From contig JABAAH010000007.1 in NCBI GenBank assembly GCA_014238855.1, forward strand, positions 3,000-66,999: a stretch of 64,000 nt of DNA, written 5' to 3'. Below the pieces are notes generated by a model. It ran no database searches, was not told the origin of the DNA, and saw nothing but the letters and a program-made list of their open reading frames with translations. The DNA is from Planctomycetota bacterium (GTDB taxonomy: Bacteria > Planctomycetota > Planctomycetia > Pirellulales > UBA1268). A program made the position numbers and the translations under genes. Of the stretch, positions 1-9,348 are shown piece after piece. Position 1 is the first letter of the stretch, and every line of letters starts with the position of its first letter.

Positions 1-1
1 T

Positions 2-160
2 AAATATATTGCGAATTCCAAGAAAAAGGCTCCGCTCGAACTAGACTCACCGTCAGAGAGGCTGAATGAGTTTAAAAATGCTTTCCATAGTGAACCTGAT
101 GATCTCGAACCAGCGATAATCCAATACCTCAATGCGATCACGCGACGAAAACGGCCGTAA
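2..160 (+). CDS. 3' end of an unidentified CDS entering from the left window edge (...ERLNEFKNAFHSEPDDLEPAIIQYLNAITRRKRP*)
   Basis: Frame 2 is open for 52 codons from nt 2 to TAA at 158-160. There is no start inside the window and no family was recognised. Confidence 0.25.
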   Translation, partial: KYIANSKKKAPLELDSPSERLNEFKNAFHSEPDDLEPAIIQYLNAITRRKRP

Positions 161-400
161 GCAAACACGTCCCGCCGCAGTCAGGCCCAACAAACTTGGC
201 AACCCTCACAATCGTCTGCCTCCACAAAGAACCTGCCTTTGCTTTCGGCATGAACCCTACAATCGTTCATGGGTTTCATCCTCCTTGCAATATTTGTCGA
301 TGGCTTCTCATAGCTCAGGGTTGGAAGGAGAAATTCTTCTACAAACAAAGAGCGCACGTGCCCGACTACCCCTCGACCATTCAACAAAGTGTAAGAAATA

Positions 401-1846
401 ATGGCTAAGAAAAAGGCTAGTGCCATCCAAGCTCTTACGATTGCACTGATCATTTTTGTCATGTGCACATTCGTGCTAGCAGTGACAACCTATGTCTTCT
501 ATGCCCAGAACGAGGATGCAAAAGTTGCAAAAATTCAGGCCGAGACCTCAGCCAATGAGGCACGTCAAAGCCTTACCGCAGCGCAACAATCTCAAAAAGA
601 TTTGCTTGAATCCCGCATTGGTGTCGATCCGGGTGATTCAATTGATTCCGTCGACAAAGAACTAGCAAGCCTTCAGGACACAGCAAAAAAATATGGTGGA
701 GATGAAAATGCGACACCAACGTACCGTGGTCTGATTAAAACTTTTAACAATGCGCTCAAAAGTGCGAATGCCGACAATGCAAGCTTAGCCTCGGAGAATC
801 GTGACCTCCAAGGCAAACTAAAGATGACTCAAAGCAATCTTAAAGAAACGCAGTCTTCTTACAGTAAGACAATGGATGAGAAACAAACTGAAATAGATGC
901 CATCGGAAAAGCCCGTGAAGAAACGGCTGCGAAGTTTACCACCGAAACAGAAGAACTCACCCGAGATTTAAATGCCGCAAATGACAAAGCAGCACGACTT
1001 GCTGACCTCGAAAAACAGATTCATGATGAAGTCGCTCCTTACATTTCACCAGGCCGCAGGGATACATTTTCTGCCGCCGACAATGCAGCAGATCAGGTCG
1101 CAATTGTTCTTGAGGAACTTACTGCTCGTGATAGCCTGATTCAGCGACAGAACCAAGTGCTTGGCGCGATGCGAGTCGCTGACCCGACGCTGCAGCGGAC
1201 GATCTTGGCAGCAACACCAGCAGATGATCGCATTGATGGCTTCGACGGTCGGGTTATCGTGGTGAACGAACTTGAACGATCTGTGCTTATCCGTTTCCCG
1301 AGAACAATTGGCATACGGCCAGGAATGCTCTTTTTCGTTTACGAACCCACTGAACAAATGCCTCTTATTTCTTCCAAAAAAGGAATTCTTGAAATCGTGT
1401 CCGTAGAGTCTGGCACAGTTGGACGGGGACGCGTTCTTAATACCTCGAATTACAATCCCATTGTTGAAGGAGACGCAGTTGCAACAAGCCTGTGGAGTCC
1501 GCTTATGCCTCTCGAGGTTGTTTTTGTTGGTCACATTCAAATTGATCGAGACTCAGAAACAGACGATCAGGCACTCGAAGATCTCATCAAAAAAGTGGGA
1601 GGAGACGTCACCCAAACGGTAAGCCATACTACTTCTTTATTAGTCGACGCCGGCATTCCGGATCAAACTGGAGCCGCAGGTGAAAACCCTGGCTGGGATG
1701 ACGCAGCGAAACAACGGCGACGCATTAATCTCCAGCAAGCCAATAAACTGGGGATCAAAGTGGTTCGAATTGATGGTTTCCTAGAACTTTTCGGCCTCGA
1801 AGAAAACTACTTCGATGCAGATCATCTCGTCACACCTACGCCATAA
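401..1846 (+). CDS. membrane-anchored coiled-coil protein with a C-terminal BRCT-like domain (hypothetical)
   Basis: 481-aa ORF. MAKKKAS is followed by one TM helix (LTIALIIFVMCTFVLAVTTYVF), then about 230 aa of Q/E/K/A-rich heptad-like sequence and a small beta-rich module. The tail VVFVGHI...LEDLIKKVGGDVTQTVSHTTSLLVDAG...ANKLGIKVVRIDGFLELFG matches the BRCT pattern. Confidence 0.7.
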   Translation: MAKKKASAIQALTIALIIFVMCTFVLAVTTYVFYAQNEDAKVAKIQAETSANEARQSLTAAQQSQKDLLESRIGVDPGDSIDSVDKELASLQDTAKKYGGDENATPTYRGLIKTFNNALKSANADNASLASENRDLQGKLKMTQSNLKETQSSYSKTMDEKQTEIDAIGKAREETAAKFTTETEELTRDLNAANDKAARLADLEKQIHDEVAPYISPGRRDTFSAADNAADQVAIVLEELTARDSLIQRQNQVLGAMRVADPTLQRTILAATPADDRIDGFDGRVIVVNELERSVLIRFPRTIGIRPGMLFFVYEPTEQMPLISSKKGILEIVSVESGTVGRGRVLNTSNYNPIVEGDAVATSLWSPLMPLEVVFVGHIQIDRDSETDDQALEDLIKKVGGDVTQTVSHTTSLLVDAGIPDQTGAAGENPGWDDAAKQRRRINLQQANKLGIKVVRIDGFLELFGLEENYFDADHLVTPTP

Positions 1847-2009
1847 TTGCAGATGTACCACACAAGGTCGTAGTACATGCTTGTTGTTGCTTCAGGCTAA
1901 TAGTGCAATACTCCTTACAATGTGTTGGAGTTCATTTCGTTTAGTACCTTTCTTAAAAGAGCTAAACCAATACTCTGATACTTCGCTAGAGCGCCTTGAG
2001 GACCTACAA

Positions 2010-3572
2010 ATGCTTTTTTGCCGATATGTGCTCAACCCGCTTACAAGCCTCCTCCTTCTCGTAGTTGTACTTCCTTCACTCCAGGCAGCATCTCTTGATC
2101 CCGGTCAAATCGAAGATGGCTATGTCTCGATTTTTGACGGCCAATCACTCAACGGATGGAATGGGAACCAGGAACTCTGGCGAGTTGAAGATGGCATTCT
2201 CATTGGTGAAACAACGTCGCCTCTGCAGGCAACAACGTATCTTATATGGCAACAGGGCAATCTGGATGACTTTGAACTCCAGCTCGACTATCGAATTACC
2301 AATGGTAATAGTGGGATCCAATATCGCAGCCAAGACCTTGGTGAATTTCATGTCACCGGATATCAAGCTGATATGGAATCCGGACCCAATCATAGTGGAA
2401 TTCTCTATGACCAAGGTGGCCGAGGAATTGTTACAAAACGAGGTGAGCGAACAATTATTGAAGCTGGTGGCATAAAAAAAACTGGGGAACCAATCGATAC
2501 AAGCGAGAACCTTCAATCTAAAATCCGAAGTGGTGATTGGAATCAGTATCGCATTGTTGCCCGAGGCACCCATCTTCAGCACTTCATCAACGGTGAACTG
2601 ATGTCGGAAACAACCGACCAAGAAAGTGAAAAACGAAAAGCTAGTGGCATCCTCGCCTTCCAGCTGCATGCAGGACAACCCATGAAGGTTGAATTCAAAA
2701 ACATTCTTTTGAAACGTCTTCGACTTACAGGCAACCGTAAAAAGCTCCTTCTGCTGGCAGGACGGGCGAGCCACAAGCAAGGGGCTCATGAGTTCAGAGC
2801 CGGCTGCCTCCTCTTCCAAAAATGTCTTCAGAATTCTATTGGTGAAAAGTTGGTTACAGCAGTTCACACAGACGGTTGGCCGAATGACCCAACAGCATTC
2901 GATAATGCTGACGCCATTCTTTTATTTTCTGATGGTGGTAAAGGGCACCCTGTCGTCCAAAGGAATCGACTTGCGCAGATTGATGCCTTAGCAAAACGTG
3001 GCGTTGGTATTGCATGTCTTCATTATGGTGTAGAGGTACCAAAGGAAAAAGGTGGTGCCGAATTCCTTCATTGGATCGGTGGATTCTTTGAGACCAATTG
3101 GTCTGTAAACCCACACTGGACACTTGCGGCTACAGAAATTGCTAAAAATCATCCCATTTGTAACGGTGTGAAACCATTTGAAGTTAATGATGAATGGTAT
3201 TATCACATGAGATTTCGTGAACCTAATGATGACGTCACCAAAATTCTCACAGCTATTCCTCCCGACAGCACACGAGAACGTCCGGATGGCCTACACAGCA
3301 ACAACCCAACTGTTCGGTCAAACAAAGGACACCGTGAAGTTCTTGCATGGGCCTATGACCGCCCCGACGGTGGCCGTGGATTCGGATGCACTGGCGGCCA
3401 CTTCCATAACAATTGGGCGAACGATGATTTTCGTACCCTGATACTAAACGCACTCGTTTGGACGAGTGGGGTAGCTGTACCAAACAATGGTATTACTTCT
3501 CATGTCTCGGATATTGAATTAACAGAAGATCTCGATCCGCCACCCCCACCTCGAAAAAAAAGAAAGACTTAA
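2010..3572 (+). CDS. secreted DUF1080 (3-keto-disaccharide hydrolase-like) / ThuA-like two-domain protein
   Basis: An internal ATG at 2010 gives the signal peptide MLFCRYVLNPLTSLLLLVVVLPSLQA. DUF1080 pattern: GYVSIFDGQSLNGWNG...WRVEDGILIGE...IQYRS...GYQADM...WNQYRIVARG..LQHFINGE...ILAFQLH. The ThuA-like half follows (LLLLAGRASHKQGAHEF...ILLFSDGG...ACLHYGV). The track start at 1815 overlaps the previous gene and looks like an artefactual extension. Confidence 0.75.
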   Translation: MLFCRYVLNPLTSLLLLVVVLPSLQAASLDPGQIEDGYVSIFDGQSLNGWNGNQELWRVEDGILIGETTSPLQATTYLIWQQGNLDDFELQLDYRITNGNSGIQYRSQDLGEFHVTGYQADMESGPNHSGILYDQGGRGIVTKRGERTIIEAGGIKKTGEPIDTSENLQSKIRSGDWNQYRIVARGTHLQHFINGELMSETTDQESEKRKASGILAFQLHAGQPMKVEFKNILLKRLRLTGNRKKLLLLAGRASHKQGAHEFRAGCLLFQKCLQNSIGEKLVTAVHTDGWPNDPTAFDNADAILLFSDGGKGHPVVQRNRLAQIDALAKRGVGIACLHYGVEVPKEKGGAEFLHWIGGFFETNWSVNPHWTLAATEIAKNHPICNGVKPFEVNDEWYYHMRFREPNDDVTKILTAIPPDSTRERPDGLHSNNPTVRSNKGHREVLAWAYDRPDGGRGFGCTGGHFHNNWANDDFRTLILNALVWTSGVAVPNNGITSHVSDIELTEDLDPPPPPRKKRKT

Positions 3573-3660
3573 CACCAGCCTGTTTCTGTTCAACACAGTC
3601 GTTCCACCCAACCATCAATAAAGAATAATTTGTGACACCCTCAAATAAAGGAGCATACCT

Positions 3661-4020
3661 ATGCCGAAGTTAACCGTTGAAGGACTTGGCGTTTTTGAAG
3701 TACCTAAAGGCAAACGACTTGTCAACGCGATGATCGATGAATGCGACGTCGATCAACTGCACGCTTGCGGTGGTTTTGGAAGGTGCACAAGTTGCCGCGT
3801 TGAATTCGTATCAGGTGAGCCAAAAGCTATGACACACGCAGAAAAAGATGTGTTGAAGGCAAGAGACTTGTCTTCAACACCTGGACTCCGCCTATCGTGT
3901 CAGATTGCATGTAACGAAGACATGGAAGTCAAAGTGATCAGCCGACTGGAAGGCTCTGGAAGAGCGGATGCCGGCGGCCGCCCTGGAGACGAAATTGAAC
4001 CAGCACCTGTATGGTGCTAG
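3661..4020 (+). CDS. plant-type [2Fe-2S] ferredoxin-domain protein
   Basis: Cys ligand spacing HACGGFGRCTSCRVEF (C-x5-C-x2-C) plus a distal RLSCQI. AAAGGAG lies 7 nt upstream of the ATG. Confidence 0.8.
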   Translation: MPKLTVEGLGVFEVPKGKRLVNAMIDECDVDQLHACGGFGRCTSCRVEFVSGEPKAMTHAEKDVLKARDLSSTPGLRLSCQIACNEDMEVKVISRLEGSGRADAGGRPGDEIEPAPVWC

Positions 4021-4095
4021 GAAGTTTGGTTCGTAAAGTGATCAGCACACACACGGCGTGACAACTGGGCATCATCGAACATTGTGGATGCCATA

Positions 4096-4974
4096 CTACT
4101 TTGAATGCGCTTGTCGCATAGAAGACCCTGACTGTGAAACAACGCTCATCGCATTATAAATGAAATCGTATGATTCTTTTGCAGTTGCATGCCACCTATG
4201 ACTCTGTCTAGGTAATTCGACGTGCAAGCCGCCGTGATATCCAACTGTGAAGAGTTCGTGCAAAACTGGGATGAAATCAATATCACCTTTTCCTAATGGC
4301 AGATGTTCGTGACGACAGACACGCATGTCATCGATATGCACATTGACAATCCGATCGCTAACCAGACGCATCGTCTCGTGTAACGGCCTCTCTCCTAGAC
4401 ATTCAAGATGACCAATGTCAATTGTTAAACCAAGACACTTTGGCTGGTTGAGCCTCTTCAACAATTCTTCGGCACGCGTTACCGTATCAACAAACATCCC
4501 GGGCTCTGGTTCGAAGCCAAGCACAACACCCCGCTTTGTAGCATAGTCGAGCACCTCTCCAATGCCATCCATCAGTTTTCGCCAAAGCACATCCTGATCA
4601 TCATTTGAGTTGACGGCGCCTGACCATAGAGACACACAATCTGCCTCGAGACCCTCTGCCAGATCAATTGCCTTGCGAAGAAAGTCTATCCTGCGATTCC
4701 GTTCATCCGGCGTGTTCGAAAGAAGGGTCGGATGGTGTTTTCTTTTTGAATCAAGAAGGTAGCGAGCGCCCGTTTCAACGACGCACCTCATTTGAGCTTT
4801 TGCTAAAGCCCGCTGCCAATCATTGATTTCCGATACAAATGTTTTGCTATACGGATTAAGTAAATGTTGATCAGGCGTAATGGCGAGGGACTTATACCCT
4901 TGATCACAAAGCACTAACAAGGCTTCTCTAAGATCTACATCTCCTAAACTATTTGTGCTGTAGCCAATTTTCAT
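4096..4974 (-). CDS. sugar phosphate isomerase/epimerase, xylose-isomerase-like TIM barrel
   Basis: 292 aa. Family-typical MKIGYSTNSL start, GFEPEPG, IDIGHL and HVHIDD-type metal-ligand segments. Lies 12 nt downstream of the UbiA gene on the same strand. Confidence 0.8.
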   Translation of the reverse strand: MKIGYSTNSLGDVDLREALLVLCDQGYKSLAITPDQHLLNPYSKTFVSEINDWQRALAKAQMRCVVETGARYLLDSKRKHHPTLLSNTPDERNRRIDFLRKAIDLAEGLEADCVSLWSGAVNSNDDQDVLWRKLMDGIGEVLDYATKRGVVLGFEPEPGMFVDTVTRAEELLKRLNQPKCLGLTIDIGHLECLGERPLHETMRLVSDRIVNVHIDDMRVCRHEHLPLGKGDIDFIPVLHELFTVGYHGGLHVELPRQSHRWHATAKESYDFIYNAMSVVSQSGSSMRQAHSK

Positions 4975-4986
4975 TCAATATCACAC

Positions 4987-5952
4987 TCACGTTACTGCAG
5001 CAACTCGGCGACCAAGGACGAACCATACCAAAAGAGTAAGTACTATAACGGCCCACTGTTCACCACGAAACGCAAGCACCATCACAGCGTCGAGCGTAAT
5101 AATGGACATAATCGCATTACCAACGGCTGCTTGCATTCGATGTGGCACTGGATTCACAATAGCCTGGCCGCAACGAGCAAGTATATAAAACCCTAGCACA
5201 ACCCAGAGGGCGTACCACGTGATGAGACGGCCTTCCGTAAGCCATATTGGAAATTCAGATTGTTTCATTTTCATAACAAATAATGGCGATAGCCCTGCAA
5301 GAACAAGCCCGAGCAACATAATAAAAGCACCGAAAATAAGCTGTTTTCGGTTTCCACCACTGACCTCATCGTGAGCGAACAATGTGATGCCCCCAACATA
5401 GACTCCTATCCCACAAGGAATCATCCACAGTGGCATCGACGAAGAGCCCGCAACGACCATGCCAAGAGACCAATTAAGACTCCGGCAACCACCCATAACC
5501 AGTGCTCCCCACCGCGTGCCCTTTGCGTAGCAGTTATAGCAACAAATTGCTGCTGCAAGCGTCACCCCCAAACAGGCAGGAGCCAGATTATTCATATACG
5601 CCGAGGCTACGCATGCGAGGGTAACGCCGAGTCCGAGAAGCATATTTGCTACGAAGCCAGCGGCTTCTCTGGGGACACGACCGCTTGGAAGTGGCCTCAA
5701 TGGGCGTTCTCTTTGGTCGATTTCAAAATCCATAACATCGTTCTGAACCATTCCACCAGCATAGAGACATACCGATGATGCAATTGCTAGCCAACCAAGC
5801 ATGGGAATATTTGAATATCTACCGAAGCCTCCAACAATAAGAATTCCTGCCAGTGGATCAGCCACTGCCGTAGCAAGATTTGGTAAACGAATAAGTTGCG
5901 ACCAACTAACTAGTGATGATATGAGCACCGATCTGGAAGGAGACTGTGTCAT
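4987..5952 (-). CDS. UbiA-superfamily integral-membrane prenyltransferase (substrate unknown)
   Basis: 321 aa, polytopic. First Asp-rich motif NDVMDFEIDQRERPLRPLPSGRV. It is distinct from the menaquinone prenyltransferase at 50054-50968. Confidence 0.85.
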   Translation of the reverse strand: MTQSPSRSVLISSLVSWSQLIRLPNLATAVADPLAGILIVGGFGRYSNIPMLGWLAIASSVCLYAGGMVQNDVMDFEIDQRERPLRPLPSGRVPREAAGFVANMLLGLGVTLACVASAYMNNLAPACLGVTLAAAICCYNCYAKGTRWGALVMGGCRSLNWSLGMVVAGSSSMPLWMIPCGIGVYVGGITLFAHDEVSGGNRKQLIFGAFIMLLGLVLAGLSPLFVMKMKQSEFPIWLTEGRLITWYALWVVLGFYILARCGQAIVNPVPHRMQAAVGNAIMSIITLDAVMVLAFRGEQWAVIVLTLLVWFVLGRRVAAVT

Positions 5953-5966
5953 ACGAAGAAAACCAA

Positions 5967-6785
5967 CTAGCTTGAGGCACTACGGTATCTTGCCAGAGCG
6001 GATTGAAAAACAATTCTTGATAACCCAACTGAAATAAATGCTGCAGCACACGTCAGAGAAATCATGCCCCACGCATTGCCCGAAAGTGGACGGGCAATAG
6101 TCCCCGCAGGCACATTGACAACAAGCAGAATCGGGATAACGAAAGTACAGACCATACGGAGCGGACCACCCCACGGACCGGCATATATTTCAGCAGGATA
6201 CCTTGAAAAATTGGTGATATAAAACCAGAAGTCGTACAGGCTTTGGTTTCTTCCCATCAAAATAGTTGCGGCGGCTAGCATTATTATCAGCCCGTACAAA
6301 ATCGCTACACCGCAAGCAATGAGCACCGGATACAGCAACCATGCAATGAGCGGTGGCGCAACGGAAAAGCGGGAGACTGACCAAATCAATAGTGCAACCC
6401 CGACAATGCCGTTCGCCATAGATGAAAAATCGAACCTGTGCATTGAGAGCAAGAATTGCGCATCAAGTGGTCGTACAAGAACCGAATCAAGTCCACCTGT
6501 TCGCACCATCTCAGTGAGTTCTGAAGCACTCGGCATAAATAAGGTTTGAACAATCGAATTGATGATCAATCCTGTCGCAACAAATGCAAAAAATGGATCG
6601 CGAGACCAACCGCTGTTGCGACCTATTTCCGGAGTAAAGCTGAATATCAACAAGTAAAATGCAAGATTCATCGACATCCACCCAAGGCTCGTCAAGCACT
6701 CAAGCAAAAAATTTGCTCGAAAGGTCATATCACGCACAAGACATGCTCGTGCAAACGTCGAGAAAATTTTGAAATACCGACCCAT
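5967..6785 (-). CDS. ABC-2 family transporter permease (DUF990-type)
   Basis: 272 aa, about 6 TM. The C-terminus ...ALARYRSASS is typical of this permease family. 17-nt gap to the upstream permease. Confidence 0.75.
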   Translation of the reverse strand: MGRYFKIFSTFARACLVRDMTFRANFLLECLTSLGWMSMNLAFYLLIFSFTPEIGRNSGWSRDPFFAFVATGLIINSIVQTLFMPSASELTEMVRTGGLDSVLVRPLDAQFLLSMHRFDFSSMANGIVGVALLIWSVSRFSVAPPLIAWLLYPVLIACGVAILYGLIIMLAAATILMGRNQSLYDFWFYITNFSRYPAEIYAGPWGGPLRMVCTFVIPILLVVNVPAGTIARPLSGNAWGMISLTCAAAFISVGLSRIVFQSALARYRSASS

Positions 6786-6802
6786 CTGGATCTCCTCAGA
6801 GA

Positions 6803-7687
6803 TTAGCCACCAAAACCGCTATATCGCTTTGTGCCTCGCCACCAAACAAAACGACAGACACCGATCATGACAAGAAGCCACACTAGTTCAATAAGGAGTC
6901 CTGCAACAAGTTCCCACCCTGTAATTTTGCCAAGCCACACCGCTGCCGGGAAATAAGCCGTGTACTCGAACGGCAAAAACCGAACAACATCTGCAAGGCT
7001 TACTCCTGCTATCCCTGTTGGAATATCTGCGAGCATATCGATAGGAAACATGTGTCCTGAGAGCAGGTATTGAAATAGCATGTAGGCAAATATGATGCTC
7101 GAAACTTCAAGAAACCAAAATGCAATCATTCCAAGGGTTGCTTCGAGAAAAAAGCCGAGCAGGAATGAAAGAACTAAAGACAAAATATACGCAACAATAG
7201 TCAGTCCATCAGGCGCCGGAGGAAAATAACTACGACAGAAGAATAGCACGGAGACAAAAGGAAGCATTGCTACGATATAGTAAACGAGTTTATGGGCGAT
7301 GCGAGAAGCAAGAAGAAAACCAATGTAATCGACTGGTTGAATCAAATACTTCTTCACTGATCCATCACGAATACTTCGAGAGATACCACCGGCAAGTCCA
7401 GGCATGCTGGAAAAAGCTCGAGTAAGCATTGCAAGCAAATAGTAAGCAACAATGTTGTCACGTGAGTAGCCAGCAATATCTGTTCGATCTGAGGCGTTAA
7501 AGACTGCCGTCCAGAGAAAAACCTGTGTGACAATCGGCAAGAATCGCATTATAGTTCCCAACGCAAAGTCAGTGCGATACGCCAGACGTTCCTCAAGACA
7601 GATGACGAGCATCCGCCACCAAGACTTCAGCCCTGATAGCCAGCCGTACGATGGCTGCAGCCTCGCTGACTCTGTATGGGTACTCAT
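6803..7687 (-). CDS. ABC-2 family transporter permease (DUF990-type), paralogous partner
   Basis: 294 aa, about 6 TM. C-terminus ...RGTKRYSGFGG. Its start overlaps the ATPase stop by 4 nt. Confidence 0.75.
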   Translation of the reverse strand: MSTHTESARLQPSYGWLSGLKSWWRMLVICLEERLAYRTDFALGTIMRFLPIVTQVFLWTAVFNASDRTDIAGYSRDNIVAYYLLAMLTRAFSSMPGLAGGISRSIRDGSVKKYLIQPVDYIGFLLASRIAHKLVYYIVAMLPFVSVLFFCRSYFPPAPDGLTIVAYILSLVLSFLLGFFLEATLGMIAFWFLEVSSIIFAYMLFQYLLSGHMFPIDMLADIPTGIAGVSLADVVRFLPFEYTAYFPAAVWLGKITGWELVAGLLIELVWLLVMIGVCRFVWWRGTKRYSGFGG

Positions 7688-8733
7688 ACCAGCCCCGCCC
7701 CTTGTTCTCGGTCGATATTCAGTTTGCGATTTGCTGCCCCACGAAACAGACCTGCAACAATTTCTTCCAAAGGTACATCCTCAACGGAAATGTCTCTAAC
7801 CTGTTGACTTGCTAGCAATTTTGGCAAGACATCTGCTATCCGTGTCCGGTCGATGCGCAGTAACACACGAGGACCACGCACTTCACACGAAAAGCCAAAC
7901 TTTTCTATTTCACCTTTAGCAGGTGGCTGTTCAAGATCAAGCGTGACAATCTTGTGCGTCGTAAAGCGGTCAACAATCTGCTCGAGGGAGCCGTCATAAA
8001 GAATGCTGCCATCTGTCACTACAACCACACGCTCGCAAAGAGCAGCAACGTCTTTCATATAGTGCGTTGTAAGAACAACAGTAACCGAACGCTGCTTTTG
8101 AACGTGCCTTAGGAATTCATGGATTGTGTGTTGTGCTACCACATCAAGACCAATAGTTGGTTCATCGAGAAATAGCACTTCAGGCTCGTGCAGTAATGCC
8201 GCAATAAGTTCCAGCTTCATTCGCTCCCCAAGAGAGAGTTCTCGCACTGGTTGCCCAAGAAGCCGGGAAACTCCGAGCATGTCGACAAGTTCATCATGAA
8301 TTTGTGCAAATCGGACGGGTTCGATTCGATAAATTTCTTGATGAAGCCTGAAACTCTCTGCTGCCGGCAGATCCCACCAGAGCTGATTTTTTTGGCCCAT
8401 GACCAAAGCAAATCGCCGCCGGAAATCATCGGCTCGATTCCATGGGACATGGCCCAAAACGGTGGCACTACCCCGTGTCGGTGTAATAATGCCAGAAAGT
8501 AGCTTCAAAAACGTTGTCTTGCCGGCCCCATTTGGTCCAAGCATGGCCAAAAATTCACCACGACCGACACTAAGATTCACCCCACGTACTGCGTGGATTG
8601 TACGTTTTTCACGGTGAAAAAGCCCTCGAACGCTTGCCCAGAGGCCTTCCGGCTTGTCATACACCCGATATTCTTTGGCCAGATCATTGACCTCGATTAC
8701 CCGGTCACTTTTTGTTTCACTGCTGTTGTACAT
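7684..8733 (-). CDS. ABC transporter ATP-binding protein
   Basis: Walker A GPNGAGKT, signature LSLGERMK, Walker B LFLDEPTIGLD, H-loop TTHYM. Start taken at internal ATG 8733 (MYNSSETK...). The track start at 8943 would run over the ispF start. Confidence 0.9.
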   Translation of the reverse strand: MYNSSETKSDRVIEVNDLAKEYRVYDKPEGLWASVRGLFHREKRTIHAVRGVNLSVGRGEFLAMLGPNGAGKTTFLKLLSGIITPTRGSATVLGHVPWNRADDFRRRFALVMGQKNQLWWDLPAAESFRLHQEIYRIEPVRFAQIHDELVDMLGVSRLLGQPVRELSLGERMKLELIAALLHEPEVLFLDEPTIGLDVVAQHTIHEFLRHVQKQRSVTVVLTTHYMKDVAALCERVVVVTDGSILYDGSLEQIVDRFTTHKIVTLDLEQPPAKGEIEKFGFSCEVRGPRVLLRIDRTRIADVLPKLLASQQVRDISVEDVPLEEIVAGLFRGAANRKLNIDREQGAGLV

Positions 8734-8810
8734 ATGCGGAAGTATAGGCCAAAACAATAAACTTGCTGCTGCTGAACAATTTGCTTGGAAATTAAACACA
8801 GGATTTCGAG

Positions 8811-9305
8811 ATGTATCGAATTGGGATTGGTCATGATACACACCGACTCGAGCCGGGAAACGGGCTCTGGATTGGTGGTCTTCAAATTCCTCACAGCCAG
8901 TCGGCTGTTGGACACAGCGATGCTGATGTCCTGCTGCACGCAATTACAGATGCAGTCCTCGGAGCAGCGGCTCTGGGTGATATCGGTGAACTTTTTTCGA
9001 ATACCGATCCAAAAAACAAAGACCGTTCCTCAAGTGAAATGCTTGTAATAGCGTTTGATAAAGTGCGCAATGCAGGCTGGAGTATTGTAAACATGGATTG
9101 CATTGTTTTCACTGAAAAGCCCAAAATCCTTCCCCATCGGGAGCACATCAGACTGCACATAGCAGATTTATTGGCTATCGAAAGTAGTCAGGTTTGGCTA
9201 AAAGCCAAGACTGGCGAATGCGTGGGACCAATTGGTGAAGAGCGAGCAATCGCAGCGGAGTGCGTTGTGTTGCTTGAGACTACTGAAGCATCGAACAAAC
9301 GCTAG
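8811..9305 (+). CDS. ispF: 2-C-methyl-D-erythritol 2,4-cyclodiphosphate synthase
   Basis: MYRIGIGHDTHRL...GHSDADVLLHAITDAVLGAAALGDIGELF... is the canonical IspF core. Confidence 0.95.
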   Translation: MYRIGIGHDTHRLEPGNGLWIGGLQIPHSQSAVGHSDADVLLHAITDAVLGAAALGDIGELFSNTDPKNKDRSSSEMLVIAFDKVRNAGWSIVNMDCIVFTEKPKILPHREHIRLHIADLLAIESSQVWLKAKTGECVGPIGEERAIAAECVVLLETTEASNKR

Positions 9306-9348
9306 ATTCACAACAAACTTTGAAGTACCTCGGGAGACATACAGGAAT

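Noticed and set aside
132-468. ORFs 132-401 (+), 196-408 (+) and 181-468 (-) in the first 470 nt.
   Set aside because: They are mutually overlapping, with non-protein-like composition, and they run into the well-supported start at 401. The region is better read as a 240-nt spacer after a gene end at 160. A 7-bp hairpin (CATGAAC, 9-nt loop, GTTCATG; 249-271) has no U-tract, so I did not call it a terminator.
8734-8943. N-terminal extensions offered by the ORF track: 7684-8943, 1815-, 9232-, 12367-, 13902-, 21606-, 59172-, 50030- and 46065-.
   Set aside because: The extensions overlap neighbouring genes or add sequence that does not look like protein. In each case an internal ATG or GTG matches the family N-terminus or a signal peptide.
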